This document shows, one piece after another, positions 1 through 8,848 of a DNA stretch of 64,000 nucleotides; positions within the stretch are counted from its first letter, which is position 1, and each line of letters begins with the position of its first letter. Below the pieces are notes generated by a model that saw only the letters and a list, made by a program, of their open reading frames with translations, did not search any database and was not told where the DNA came from. The stretch lies in NCBI GenBank assembly GCA_963792245.1, contig CAWBVO010000028.1:3103-67102 (forward strand), read 5' to 3'. This DNA comes from an uncultured Actinomycetes bacterium (lineage in GTDB: Bacteria > Actinomycetota > Thermoleophilia > Gaiellales > Gaiellaceae). Made by a program: the position numbers and the translations under genes.

Positions 1-110
1 CGGGTCGCAAATCGAGATTTTCCGTGCGCGAGCCGTTCGCACCTCTGCGCAGGCGCTTTTCCCTGCACAGCGCGAATTATCGCAGCTCCTTCGCTCTCGT
101 ACCTACCGAG

Positions 111-473
111 TGGAGGCGGCGGGAATCGAACCCGCGTCCGCGGCCGTACCGACCGAACGTCTACGAGCGTAGTCCGCGCTTTGGTCTCGCCCGACGGCCG
201 GTTCGCAGACGACCTACCGGCGGGCCAGCCCTCCTGGAATGTCGCGCCTCGGGCGAGTGGCTCTCCCTCGGTGCCTGAGCCCGATCGTTGGCGCCCCGTT
301 CCCGGCCTCGGGCCGAACCGGGTGGGACGTCGCCTTACCTAGTGTTGACTAGGCGGCGAGTGCGAGATCGTTCTTCGCACTTGCGTTTGTGCCGGTTGTT
401 TTACGAGGCCGACCGGCGACCTCGGCTCGCTGCTCGACCGGAGAACCGACCACGTCGAGACCTGGTCGCCCCC
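111..473 (-). ncRNA. ssrA: tmRNA (transfer-messenger RNA)
   Basis: Minus strand starts GGGGGCGACCAGGTCTCGAC and ends with the tRNA-like T-arm/acceptor GGACGCGGGTTCGATTCCCGCCGCCTCCA. A PK1-like pseudoknot (GAGG/CCTC, GCCGGT/ACCGGC) precedes an internal tag ORF. smpB lies 7.4 kb away. Confidence 0.96.
349..378 (-). other. tmRNA tag ORF, (A)AKNDLALAA*
   Basis: GCG AAG AAC GAT CTC GCA CTC GCC GCC TAG follows a CAAGU resume context 12 nt after PK1 and ends in a typical LALAA degron. The resume codon could instead be the GCA two codons upstream. Confidence 0.7.
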
Positions 474-502
474 GTATGTTGTCCTCGAAGGATAGCGGCA
501 CG

Positions 503-1006
503 CTACGCGGCAGGCCCACCGCCCGACGGCGACTCGACCCCGGGCGCCGCCGGCGGAGGATGCGTCGCCGGGCCCGGCTTGTGGCGCGTCTCCCAGCGGA
601 AGCGGACGCGGATCAGGGCCGTGAGCATGATCGCGAGGGCGATCGCGAAGCCGATCCACGCCCAGATCGTCTGGAACTCGTTGTCCTCGATGAGCTTCAC
701 GAGCGTGCAGAGCGCCAGCGCCACGGACAGGATCGCGGTGACGACGGCGGTCATCCACCCGCGCATCGAGAGTCGCGGGATGATGACCGGCAGGAGCTCC
801 CACACGAGGATCACCGCCGCGAGGATCGCCGCGTACGTCCCGAACGCGGAGCCCGAGTAGGCCGTCCGCCAGCCGCAGATCCGTGGCTCGCTTCCGCTCG
901 TCACGGCGCAGATCCGCTGCCAGGGCGCGAGCATCTCGAGCAGGAGGCCCGCGCTCAGCAGGATGATGAGCTTCGAGCCGAGGGGGCGATTCCAGTAGTT
1001 GCGCAA
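503..1006 (-). CDS. hypothetical membrane protein (about 4 TM)
   Basis: 167-aa ORF with several hydrophobic segments; TTG start 6 nt after a TAGACT -10-like hexamer. Confidence 0.7.
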   Translation of the reverse strand: MRNYWNRPLGSKLIILLSAGLLLEMLAPWQRICAVTSGSEPRICGWRTAYSGSAFGTYAAILAAVILVWELLPVIIPRLSMRGWMTAVVTAILSVALALCTLVKLIEDNEFQTIWAWIGFAIALAIMLTALIRVRFRWETRHKPGPATHPPPAAPGVESPSGGGPAA

Positions 1007-1032
1007 GGGCCGAGTCTATGCCGGTCGCCCGG

Positions 1033-1884
1033 TCAGGTCGCGAGGCCGATCGCCACGAGGATCGGGACGAGGATCCAGCAGCCGAGGGTGAGGCCGACGG
1101 AGACGATGACGAAGGTGCGCGCCGAGTCCTTCGGCGGGTTGCCGCACCAGCCGATCGTCCGCCACAGCGCGTTCAACGGGCCCCGGGTGGCGAGGCGGAT
1201 GCGCCGTGAGGCGAGCGCCGCGCCGCGCAGGATGACCCACGATGCGGCGAGCGCGATGAGCATCCCGGCGATGCCGATCGCCGCCGCGACCCAGGTGCGC
1301 GAGAGGATCCCGGTGATCCGCCCGAGCGACGCGACGAGCGGGATCGCGGCGCCGCCGAGGAGGAACGCCGGTAGGGCCAATTCCTTCGTCTCGAGCGCCG
1401 CGACCATGCGGTCGGCGTCCATCCGCGCCCGGCGAAGCTCCCGGCGCTCCTGGGTGCCGGGGGTCGCCTGGATCTCCCGCAGACCGTAGAGGTTCCGAAG
1501 CCGGGTCGAGACGTTCCTGATGTGCGACACGACGAGGTAGCGGGCCACGAGCTGGACGCCCCAGGCGATCCCGGCCCGCAGTGGGCCGGTGCCCCTCCCC
1601 GCCGTCGTCCCGTAGTACCCGTGGCGGGCGAGGGACTCGAGCGCCTCCGCCATGTTGCGGTGCGCGACCGGGAACCGGTCGGGCTCGGCGAGCGGCCGCG
1701 TCCGAGCAATCTCGCGCATCATCTCGCGCTCGCGCGGGCTTGTGACCTCGATCGCGTCGAGGAACTTCGCGAGGTCCTCGTCGTTCTCCGAGAGCAGCTT
1801 CAGCCGCTCGATCGGGTTGTCGCCCTCCTCGAGTATCCCGTCTTCGGCGTCGACGGAGCCGGGGTCGGACGGCTTGGCTGCCAT
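1033..1884 (-). CDS. hypothetical protein: charged N-terminal domain plus C-terminal TM helices
   Basis: Protein-like from MAAKPSDPG (ATG 1884); helical acidic N-terminal part and about 3 hydrophobic segments at the C-terminus. Confidence 0.72.
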   Translation of the reverse strand: MAAKPSDPGSVDAEDGILEEGDNPIERLKLLSENDEDLAKFLDAIEVTSPREREMMREIARTRPLAEPDRFPVAHRNMAEALESLARHGYYGTTAGRGTGPLRAGIAWGVQLVARYLVVSHIRNVSTRLRNLYGLREIQATPGTQERRELRRARMDADRMVAALETKELALPAFLLGGAAIPLVASLGRITGILSRTWVAAAIGIAGMLIALAASWVILRGAALASRRIRLATRGPLNALWRTIGWCGNPPKDSARTFVIVSVGLTLGCWILVPILVAIGLAT

Positions 1885-1952
1885 CTTCGCGCCCACGATA
1901 CGACATCGTCGCGGCGGCGTCGAAATCAGTCGTCGAGGCACGAGCGCGGCCA

Positions 1953-2115
1953 TCAGCCGGCGGAAGGCGCGGCGCGGGTCGACGTCCAGAAGGCGACGAC
2001 CAGCGTCACCGAAAGGATCGCGTCCCTGATCAGGCGCGCCCAGGTCGTCTCCGACACGACGATCGCGACGACGAGCCACGCGAACAGCAGCCCGCCAGCC
2101 GTCGAGCAGGAGCAC
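1953..2115 (-). CDS. possible small membrane protein (start uncertain, possibly frameshifted)
   Basis: The frame ending at 1953 encodes GGLLFAWLVVAIVV...LIRDAILSVTLVVAFW (two hydrophobic stretches). The only nearby start (GTG 2115) is one base out of frame. Confidence 0.3.
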
Positions 2116-2235
2116 CGGTCGCCGTTACGGGCCTTGCCGGTCGATACCGGGACGGCGGCGAGCGGTTCAGGACTCCCGCCGATCTGCCGACTATCGTCTG
2201 GGAGACCACGGGAACGACTCAGGAGGACCGCCGGC

Positions 2236-3180
2236 GTGCCAATCACGTACCAGTACGAGACCCTGGCAACGCTCAGGGAGCGCGCGAAGGCCGAGGTCGG
2301 CAAGGTTGTCGTCGGTCAGGGCCGCGCGGTCGAGCTGCTGCTCATCGCCGCGATGGCACGGGGCCACGTCCTGCTGGAAGGCCCTCCGGGCACCGCCAAG
2401 ACGCTCCTCGGCCGCGCGACGGCATACGTCCTCGGCGCGGACTTCAACCGTGTCCAGTTCACCCCGGACACGACGCCGAGCGAGCTCGTCGGCGTGACGA
2501 TCACGCGCGCGGGCGAGACGAAGTTCATCGAGGGGACGATCTTCACCAACGTCCTGCTCGCGGACGAGATCAACCGCACGCCGCCGCGCACCCAGGCCGC
2601 GCTGCTCGAGGCGATGGCCGAGCGGAGCGTCACGGTCGAGGGTCGCGTGCACCGCCTCCCCGACCCGTTCCTCGTGATCGCCACGCAGAACCCGTTCGAG
2701 CAGGAGGGCGTCTTCCCGCTCCCGGAGTCGAACCTCGACCGGTTCCTGTTCAAGATCTTCATCGACTACACGGACCTGGAGCACGAGGTCGACATGCTCC
2801 GGCTGCCGCACACCGGCGTGACGCCGGACATGCTCGGCGAGATCATGCCGCTGCTCGGGATCGTCGGCCTCGACAAGGCCCGGGTCGAGCTCGACGCGAC
2901 GATCGTGCCCGAGGAGGTCGCACGGTACGTCGTGGGCGTCGTGCGGAAGACGCGCGTGCTCGAGGGCGTCATGCTCGGCGCCAGCTCGCGCGCCGCGATC
3001 CACCTCATGAGCGCCACGAAGGCGAACGCCCGGCTCGAGGGGCGCGACACGGTGATGATCGAGGACGTGCGGACGATGGCGCAGTACGTGCTGCCGCACC
3101 GGCTGATCTGCGAGGAGGACGTCACGCCGGCCGAGGCGCTCCAGATCGCGCTCGACCACCCGATCCTGTCCGAGCCGTAG
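2236..3180 (+). CDS. MoxR-family AAA+ ATPase
   Basis: GHVLLEGPPGTAKT Walker A, RVQFTPD, LLADEINRTPPRTQAALLEAM Walker B, ATQNP..EG.FPLPE..LDRF; AGGAGG RBS before GTG 2236. Confidence 0.93.
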   Translation: MPITYQYETLATLRERAKAEVGKVVVGQGRAVELLLIAAMARGHVLLEGPPGTAKTLLGRATAYVLGADFNRVQFTPDTTPSELVGVTITRAGETKFIEGTIFTNVLLADEINRTPPRTQAALLEAMAERSVTVEGRVHRLPDPFLVIATQNPFEQEGVFPLPESNLDRFLFKIFIDYTDLEHEVDMLRLPHTGVTPDMLGEIMPLLGIVGLDKARVELDATIVPEEVARYVVGVVRKTRVLEGVMLGASSRAAIHLMSATKANARLEGRDTVMIEDVRTMAQYVLPHRLICEEDVTPAEALQIALDHPILSEP

Positions 3181-3217
3181 GCCGGACGGCGGAGCGCGGG
3201 TCCGCCCCGTCGCTCCG

Positions 3218-4063
3218 TCAGCCCGCGAGCGCCTGCTCGAGTGCGCGCCTGGCGATCACCTGGGCGAGGTGGGCGCGGTACTCGGACGAGCCCGCCTGGT
3301 CGCTCGGCGGCTCGGCGCCCTCGGCCACGAGCGCGGCGGCGTCCGCTGCCGACGACCCGCTCGCGAGGGCATCCTCGACGGCCTTCGCCCGAAGCGGGGT
3401 GCCGCCCATGTTGACGAGGCCGACGGACGCGCCGGCGACCGAGCCGTTGTCGCGGTGGACGAGCGCTGCGACGCCGACGGTAGCCCAGTCCTGCGCCCTG
3501 CGGTTCGCCTTCAGGTAGGCCCAGCCGGTCGACGCTCCGAGCTTCGGGACGCGGGCCTCGACGAGCACCTCGTCCGGCGCGAGCGCCGTCTCGAAGACGC
3601 CGGTGAAGAAGTCGGTCGCGAGGATGACCCGCTCCCCGCCCTTTCCCTGGGCCACGAGCTCGGCCCCGAGCGCGAGCATCACCGCCGGCATGTCCGAGGC
3701 GGGATCGCCGTGGGAGAGCGTTCCGCCGAGCGTCCCGCGGTGGCGTACCTGCGGATCGCCGATCTGACCGGCGGTGAACGAGACGATCGGGCAGTGCTCG
3801 GCGAGGAGGGGATCCGCGGCGACGGCTGCATGACGCGTCAGCGCCCCGATCGCGATGTGGGTGCCGCCGTCCCGCACGTAGGCGAGATCGGAGAGACGGC
3901 CGATGTCGACGACCTTCTCCGGGCGGGCGATCCGGAGCTTCATCGCAGGGATCAGCGAATGGCCACCGGCGAGCAGCTTCGCGTCGCCGCCGCCGGTGCC
4001 GAGAAGCTCGATCGCATGGTCGAGGCTCTCGGCGACGTCGTAGTCGAACGGTGCTGGGATCAC
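3218..4063 (-). CDS. coxM: CoxM/CutM-like FAD-binding subunit of a molybdenum hydroxylase
   Basis: MIPAPFDY..., AKLLAGGHSLIPAMKLR, QVRHRGTLGG motifs; GTGA overlap with the large subunit. Confidence 0.9.
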   Translation of the reverse strand: MIPAPFDYDVAESLDHAIELLGTGGGDAKLLAGGHSLIPAMKLRIARPEKVVDIGRLSDLAYVRDGGTHIAIGALTRHAAVAADPLLAEHCPIVSFTAGQIGDPQVRHRGTLGGTLSHGDPASDMPAVMLALGAELVAQGKGGERVILATDFFTGVFETALAPDEVLVEARVPKLGASTGWAYLKANRRAQDWATVGVAALVHRDNGSVAGASVGLVNMGGTPLRAKAVEDALASGSSAADAAALVAEGAEPPSDQAGSSEYRAHLAQVIARRALEQALAG

Positions 4064-6414
4064 GCCTTCGCCTCCTGGATCGCGCGCCAGACACGCTCCG
4101 GCGTGGCCGGCATCTGGATGTCCTTCACGCCGAGGTGCGAGACCGCGTCCAGCACCGCGTTGATCACCGCCGGGGCGGCTGCGATCGTGCCCGTCTCCCC
4201 GACGCCCTTCACGCCGAGCGGGTTCGTCGGGCTCGGGCTCTCCGTTCGGTCGAGCTCGAAGGACGGAAGCTCGGCCGCCGACGGGACGAGGTAGGTGAGG
4301 AGGTTTGCCGTCTGGAGGTTGCCCTCCTCGTCGTACGAGCCCTCCTCGTAGAGCGCCGTCGAGATGCCCTGGGTGATCCCGCCGTGCACCTGGCCGTCGA
4401 CGATGAGCGGGTTGACGACCTTGCCGACGTCGTCGATCGCGATGTAGCGGACGAGCCGTGCGTCGCCGGTCTCGGTGTCGACCTCGACGACCGCAGCGTG
4501 GGCACCGCCGGGCCAGGAGAAGTTCGGCGGGTCGTACGTCGCGGTCGCCTCGAGCCCCGGCTCCATCCCGTCGGGCAGGTCGTGCGCCGCGAACGCGGCC
4601 CACGCTGCCGCCGCGACCGTCATCTCCTTGTCCGGGGAGCCCTTGACGGCAAACGTCCCGTTCGCGTACTCGAGGTCGTCGCCAGAGACCTCGAGCTGGT
4701 GCGCGACGATCTGGCGGGCCTTGTCGATCACCTTCTCGGCGGCGTAGCAGAGCGCGACGCCTCCGACCGGCAGGCTCCGGCTGCCGTACGTGTCCAGACC
4801 CGCGTGCGAGACGGAGGTGTCACCGTGGAGGACCTCGACGGCGTCGAGCTCGCAGCCGAGCTGATCGGCGACGATCTGCGCCCACGCGGTCTCGTGACCC
4901 TGGCCGTGGGGAGAGGTACCGGTGACCACCTGGACGGATCCGGTCGGCAGGTAGCGGATCGTCGCCTGCTCCCAGCCCCCGGCGGCGTAGCGGATCGCAC
5001 CGAGGATCCGCGACGGTGCGAGGCCACACATCTCGTTGTAGGTCGAGAAACCGATTCCCAGCTGCTTGACGGCACCGCTGTCCCGCCGCCTCGCCTGCTC
5101 GGCGAGGAGCGCGTCGTGATCGAGATGCTCGAGCAGCCGGTCGAGCGAGGCGACGTAGTCACCGGAGTCGATCGTGAGACCCGATCCCATCGTGGCCGGG
5201 AACTCCTTGTGGAAGTTCTTGCGGCGCAGCTCGAGCCGGTCGATCCCGAGCTCGTCGGCGAGCGCGTCCATCGTGCGCTCGATGACGTACGTCGCCTCCG
5301 GGCGACCGGCGCCGCGGTAGGCGTCGGTCGGCGTCGTGTTCGTGAAGACTCCGGTGAACTCGACGCTGTAGTTCGGGATGGCATACGGCCCGGCGTAGAT
5401 CCAGGCGCCGAGCAGCGGAATCCCCGGGGTCACGAGCTGCAGGTAGGCGCCCATCGCCGCGTGCACGCGCGCCCGGCAGTGCGTGATCGTGCCGTCCTTC
5501 TTCGCGGCGAGCGTGTACTCGGTCACGAAGTCGCGGCCGTGGATCGTCGCCAGGTAGTTCTCGGAGCGCTCCTCCGTCCACTTGACGGGGCGCCCGAGGC
5601 GTCGCGCGAGCGCGATCGCGAGGAGGTCCTCGGCGTAGACGTCGAGCTTCGAGCCGAAGCCGCCCCCGACGTCGGGCGCGACGACTCTGACCTTCGTCTC
5701 GCTCATCCCGAGGGTCGCCGCGGCGAGGAGCCGCAGGATGTGCGGGATCTGCGTCGCGGCGTAGAGCGTCACGTCGCCCGCTGCCCCGGGCACAGCGAGG
5801 ACGGCGCGTGGCTCGATCGCGTTCGGGATCAGGCGCGGCTGGTGGTAGCGGCGGGTGACGACGACCTCGGCGTCGTCGATCGCCTCTCCGGTGGCATCCG
5901 TGTCCAGCCGCCAGACGTAGCACTCGTTCGTGCCGAGGTCGGGATGCGCGAGCGGCGCGCCGTCCTCGAGCGCCGTCGCCAGGTCGACGACGGCGTCGAG
6001 CGGCTCGTACTCGACCTCGACGAGCTCGGCCGCGTCCTTCGCCTGCGCGCGCGACTCGGCAAGGACGACCGCAACGCCGTCGCCCTGGTACCGGGCGACG
6101 TCCGTCAGCGGGTAGTGGGGTGGGTTTCGCATGTCCTCCGTGACCGGCCAGGCGCAGGGCATGGCCGCCTTCCAGTCCTCCGCGAGGTCGGCCGCCGAGA
6201 GGACGGCGACGACGCCTTCCGCCTCGCGGGCGGCGGCGACGTCCACGCTGGTGACTTTCGCGTGGGCGTAGGGGCTGCGGACGACGATCATGTGGACCGT
6301 GCCAACCGGCGCCATGTTGTCGACGAACGTCCCGCGGCCGGTGAGGAGATGCTCGTCCTCGCGGCGCTTGACCGGGGAGCCGACGTACGCCGTCCGCTCC
6401 TCCGTCGCGCTCAT
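4060..6414 (-). CDS. coxL: CoxL-like molybdopterin large subunit, form II (AYRGAGR)
   Basis: Starts MSATEERTAYVGSPVKRREDEHLLTGRG; has GGGFGSK, active-site loop AYRGAGR (5302-5322), HGQGHET and GVKGVGE. Confidence 0.92.
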   Translation of the reverse strand: MSATEERTAYVGSPVKRREDEHLLTGRGTFVDNMAPVGTVHMIVVRSPYAHAKVTSVDVAAAREAEGVVAVLSAADLAEDWKAAMPCAWPVTEDMRNPPHYPLTDVARYQGDGVAVVLAESRAQAKDAAELVEVEYEPLDAVVDLATALEDGAPLAHPDLGTNECYVWRLDTDATGEAIDDAEVVVTRRYHQPRLIPNAIEPRAVLAVPGAAGDVTLYAATQIPHILRLLAAATLGMSETKVRVVAPDVGGGFGSKLDVYAEDLLAIALARRLGRPVKWTEERSENYLATIHGRDFVTEYTLAAKKDGTITHCRARVHAAMGAYLQLVTPGIPLLGAWIYAGPYAIPNYSVEFTGVFTNTTPTDAYRGAGRPEATYVIERTMDALADELGIDRLELRRKNFHKEFPATMGSGLTIDSGDYVASLDRLLEHLDHDALLAEQARRRDSGAVKQLGIGFSTYNEMCGLAPSRILGAIRYAAGGWEQATIRYLPTGSVQVVTGTSPHGQGHETAWAQIVADQLGCELDAVEVLHGDTSVSHAGLDTYGSRSLPVGGVALCYAAEKVIDKARQIVAHQLEVSGDDLEYANGTFAVKGSPDKEMTVAAAAWAAFAAHDLPDGMEPGLEATATYDPPNFSWPGGAHAAVVEVDTETGDARLVRYIAIDDVGKVVNPLIVDGQVHGGITQGISTALYEEGSYDEEGNLQTANLLTYLVPSAAELPSFELDRTESPSPTNPLGVKGVGETGTIAAAPAVINAVLDAVSHLGVKDIQMPATPERVWRAIQEAKA

Positions 6415-6872
6415 GACGCGCTCGCCGCGGCCTGGACGGCGACGACGATGTTGTGGTACCCGGTGCAGCGGCAGAGGTTGCCCTCGAGCCCTTCGCGGAT
6501 CGCGGCCTCGCTCGTCGCCTGGCCGTGGTCGATCAACGACACGGCCGCCATGACCATCCCCGGCGTGCAGTACCCGCACTGGAGCGCGTGGTGGTCGTGG
6601 AAGGCCTGTTGCACGGGGTGCAGCTCCCCGTCCGTCGCGAGGCCCTCGATGGTCGTGATCTCGGTGCCGTCCGCCTGGACGCCGAGCATCGTGCAGGACT
6701 TCACCGACTCGCCGTCGACGAGCACGGTGCAGGCTCCACACGATGATGTGTCGCAGCCGACGTTCGTCCCGGTCAGGCGCAGCCGGTCGCGTAGGACATA
6801 GACGAGCAACTCACGCGGCTCGAGCTCGAGCTCGTGCCCAACGCCGTTGACAGTCAGCGCCACGTGTCGCAT
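6411..6872 (-). CDS. coxS: CoxS-like 2Fe-2S small subunit
   Basis: GCDTSSCGACTV, QCGYCTPGM and GNLCRCTGY cysteine motifs. Confidence 0.92.
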   Translation of the reverse strand: MRHVALTVNGVGHELELEPRELLVYVLRDRLRLTGTNVGCDTSSCGACTVLVDGESVKSCTMLGVQADGTEITTIEGLATDGELHPVQQAFHDHHALQCGYCTPGMVMAAVSLIDHGQATSEAAIREGLEGNLCRCTGYHNIVVAVQAAASAS

Positions 6873-6961
6873 CGCGACGGCCTCCCTTCGTCGAGTCAGC
6901 CTCCCGTCCAGCCTACTACGAGCCTGTCCCGGATCCGGCGGAGAGCGTACGCTCCGCGATC

Positions 6962-7900
6962 GTGACGGAGATCCGGGAGATCGACGAGCGCGAGCTCGAG
7001 CGCTGGGTCGCGACGACGAAGGCCGCCGTCGACGAGGCGGACACCGTCGAGGGCTACCTCGACTGGAAGCGGCAGGCGCGCGAGACCACCTGGCTGCTCG
7101 CGTCGTCCGACGACGCGGACGTGGGCACGGCCATCGGCATCGGCGGCTGGCACTCGCCCGACGGCGTCGCGCGCGGCGAGGTTCGGGTGATCGACGAGGC
7201 GCGCGGGCGCGGTATCGGGACGGCGCTCGCCGCCGAGCTCGCCGCCTGGGCGCGTGCGCTCGGGTACCGCGAGCTGATGGGACCTGTCCGCGAGGACGAC
7301 GCCGTGTCGCTCGGGTGGGCCGCTCGGCGCGGATTCGTCGAGGTCGGGCGAAACTCGCGGCTCGTGCTCGATCTGTCGACGATCGAGGCGCCGGCCGTCG
7401 ACCCGCCCGCGGGGATCGAGATCGCGACCTGGGCGGAGCGTCCGGACGTCGAGCGCGGCATGTACGCCGTCGCCTGCGAGGCCTACCCCGACGTCCCCGG
7501 AGAAGGCGATGCCGAGATGCCGTCGTTCGGCGAGTGGCTCTCGATGGACATGCAGGGCGCGGGCGACCGTCCCGAGGCGACGTTCGTCGCGCTCGCGGAC
7601 GGGGTGGTCGTCGCCTACGCCAAGCTCGCGCTGTCGCGGGCCCGGCCGACCGTCGCGATGCACGACATGACCGGTGTCAGCCGCGCGTGGCGTGGCCGCG
7701 GAATTGCACGCACGCTCAAGGCCGCCGAGATCGCCTGGGCGAAGGCAAACGGCTACGAGCGTCTCGAGACCCAGAACGAGGAGCGGAACGAGCCGATCCG
7801 CCGGCTGAACGAGCGGTTCGGCTACGTCGTGACGCCGGGCTCGATCACCGTCCGCGGCCCGGTTCGAGCCGCGGAGAGCATGCTCAGCGGCGGGCCTTGA
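6962..7900 (+). CDS. tandem GNAT acetyltransferase
   Basis: Two acetyl-CoA-binding motifs, RGRGIGTAL and WRGRGIARTLK; C-terminal N..IRRLNERFGY. Confidence 0.85.
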   Translation: MTEIREIDERELERWVATTKAAVDEADTVEGYLDWKRQARETTWLLASSDDADVGTAIGIGGWHSPDGVARGEVRVIDEARGRGIGTALAAELAAWARALGYRELMGPVREDDAVSLGWAARRGFVEVGRNSRLVLDLSTIEAPAVDPPAGIEIATWAERPDVERGMYAVACEAYPDVPGEGDAEMPSFGEWLSMDMQGAGDRPEATFVALADGVVVAYAKLALSRARPTVAMHDMTGVSRAWRGRGIARTLKAAEIAWAKANGYERLETQNEERNEPIRRLNERFGYVVTPGSITVRGPVRAAESMLSGGP

Positions 7901-8339
7901 GCGCCCGCTCCATCTGGCGTTTGGCGTCGCGATCGGCGAGATCGCGCCGCTTGTCGATCCGCTCCTTGCCGCGCGCCAGCGCGAGCTCGACCTTCACCCT
8001 GCCGTCCTTGAAGTAGAGCCTCGTCGGGACGAGCGTGAGACCCTTCTCGCGCACCTTTCCGTAGAGCGAGTCGATCTCGCGCCGGTGGAGCAGCAGCTTG
8101 CGGTCACGCTCGGGCCGGTGGTTCGCGATGTTGCCGCCCGCGTACTCCGAGATCGACGCGCCGACGAGCCAGGCCTCCCCGTCGCGGATCTCCGCGTAGG
8201 CCTGCCCAAGCTGCGCACCGCCGTCGCGAAGCGACTTGACCTCGGTCCCCGTCAGCTGGACGCCCGCCTCGATGCGGTCGAGGAGGTGGTAGTCGTAGCG
8301 CGCACGGCGGTTCTCGGTGATGAGCTTCGTCCCAGGCAC
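7884..8339 (-). CDS. smpB: SsrA-binding protein
   Basis: NRRARYDY, EAGVQLTGTEVKSLR, RKLLLHRREI, ALARGK..DKR. Confidence 0.97.
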   Translation of the reverse strand: MPGTKLITENRRARYDYHLLDRIEAGVQLTGTEVKSLRDGGAQLGQAYAEIRDGEAWLVGASISEYAGGNIANHRPERDRKLLLHRREIDSLYGKVREKGLTLVPTRLYFKDGRVKVELALARGKERIDKRRDLADRDAKRQMERALKARR

Positions 8340-8368
8340 GGGGCGGATTGTAGGGGCGACCCCGTCGC

Positions 8369-8770
8369 TCAGACGGCACGCGCCTCGGCGAGCCGGCGTG
8401 CCAGCTCCCGGAGCATGTGGAGCGCGAAGCTCGGCTCCGTCTCGACCAGCGCGAGGAAATCGTCGCGTGGGATCGAGATGCAGCGGACGTCGGTCGTCGC
8501 ACGCACGCGCGCGACGCGCGCCCCGTCGTCGACGAGCAACGCGAGCTCGCCGAAGAAGTCGCCCTGGCCCAGCTCGAGCTTGCCGCTGCGCAGCTCCACC
8601 TCGACGCTGCCGTCGCAGAGGATGAACATCCCCGCACCCGCATCGCCCTCGAGCGCCAGCACCCTGCCTGCAGAGGCCTGTAACTCGGCCGCGCGCAGCG
8701 AGAGGCGTTGCAGGCCGACCTCGCTCAGCCCTGCGAGCGGTGGGAGGCGGCGAAGCTCGTCGACGTCCAT
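8369..8770 (-). CDS. stand-alone cyclic-nucleotide-binding domain protein
   Basis: EGDAGAGMFILCDGSVEV, GDFFGELALL...RVARVRA phosphate-binding cassette; no HTH. Confidence 0.85.
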   Translation of the reverse strand: MDVDELRRLPPLAGLSEVGLQRLSLRAAELQASAGRVLALEGDAGAGMFILCDGSVEVELRSGKLELGQGDFFGELALLVDDGARVARVRATTDVRCISIPRDDFLALVETEPSFALHMLRELARRLAEARAV

Positions 8771-8848
8771 GACCGTGTGTCTATACCAAGCGGGCGCCGA
8801 GGATGCAGGCGGGCGGAATGCCGCCCGACCCGGAGGGAGCGACGAGCG

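Noticed and set aside
2236-3180. MoxR ATPase as CoxD of the cox cluster
   Set aside because: It has MoxR-proper motifs (RVQFTPD, ATQNP..EG) and is convergent with, not part of, coxSLM.
4051-6801. Very long opposite-strand or alternate-frame ORFs (e.g. 4051-6801 +, 14465-17200 +, 24790-27909 -, 28129-30849 -)
   Set aside because: Shadow ORFs typical of about 70% GC DNA: Arg/Pro/Gly-rich, no motifs, overlapping clearly identified genes.
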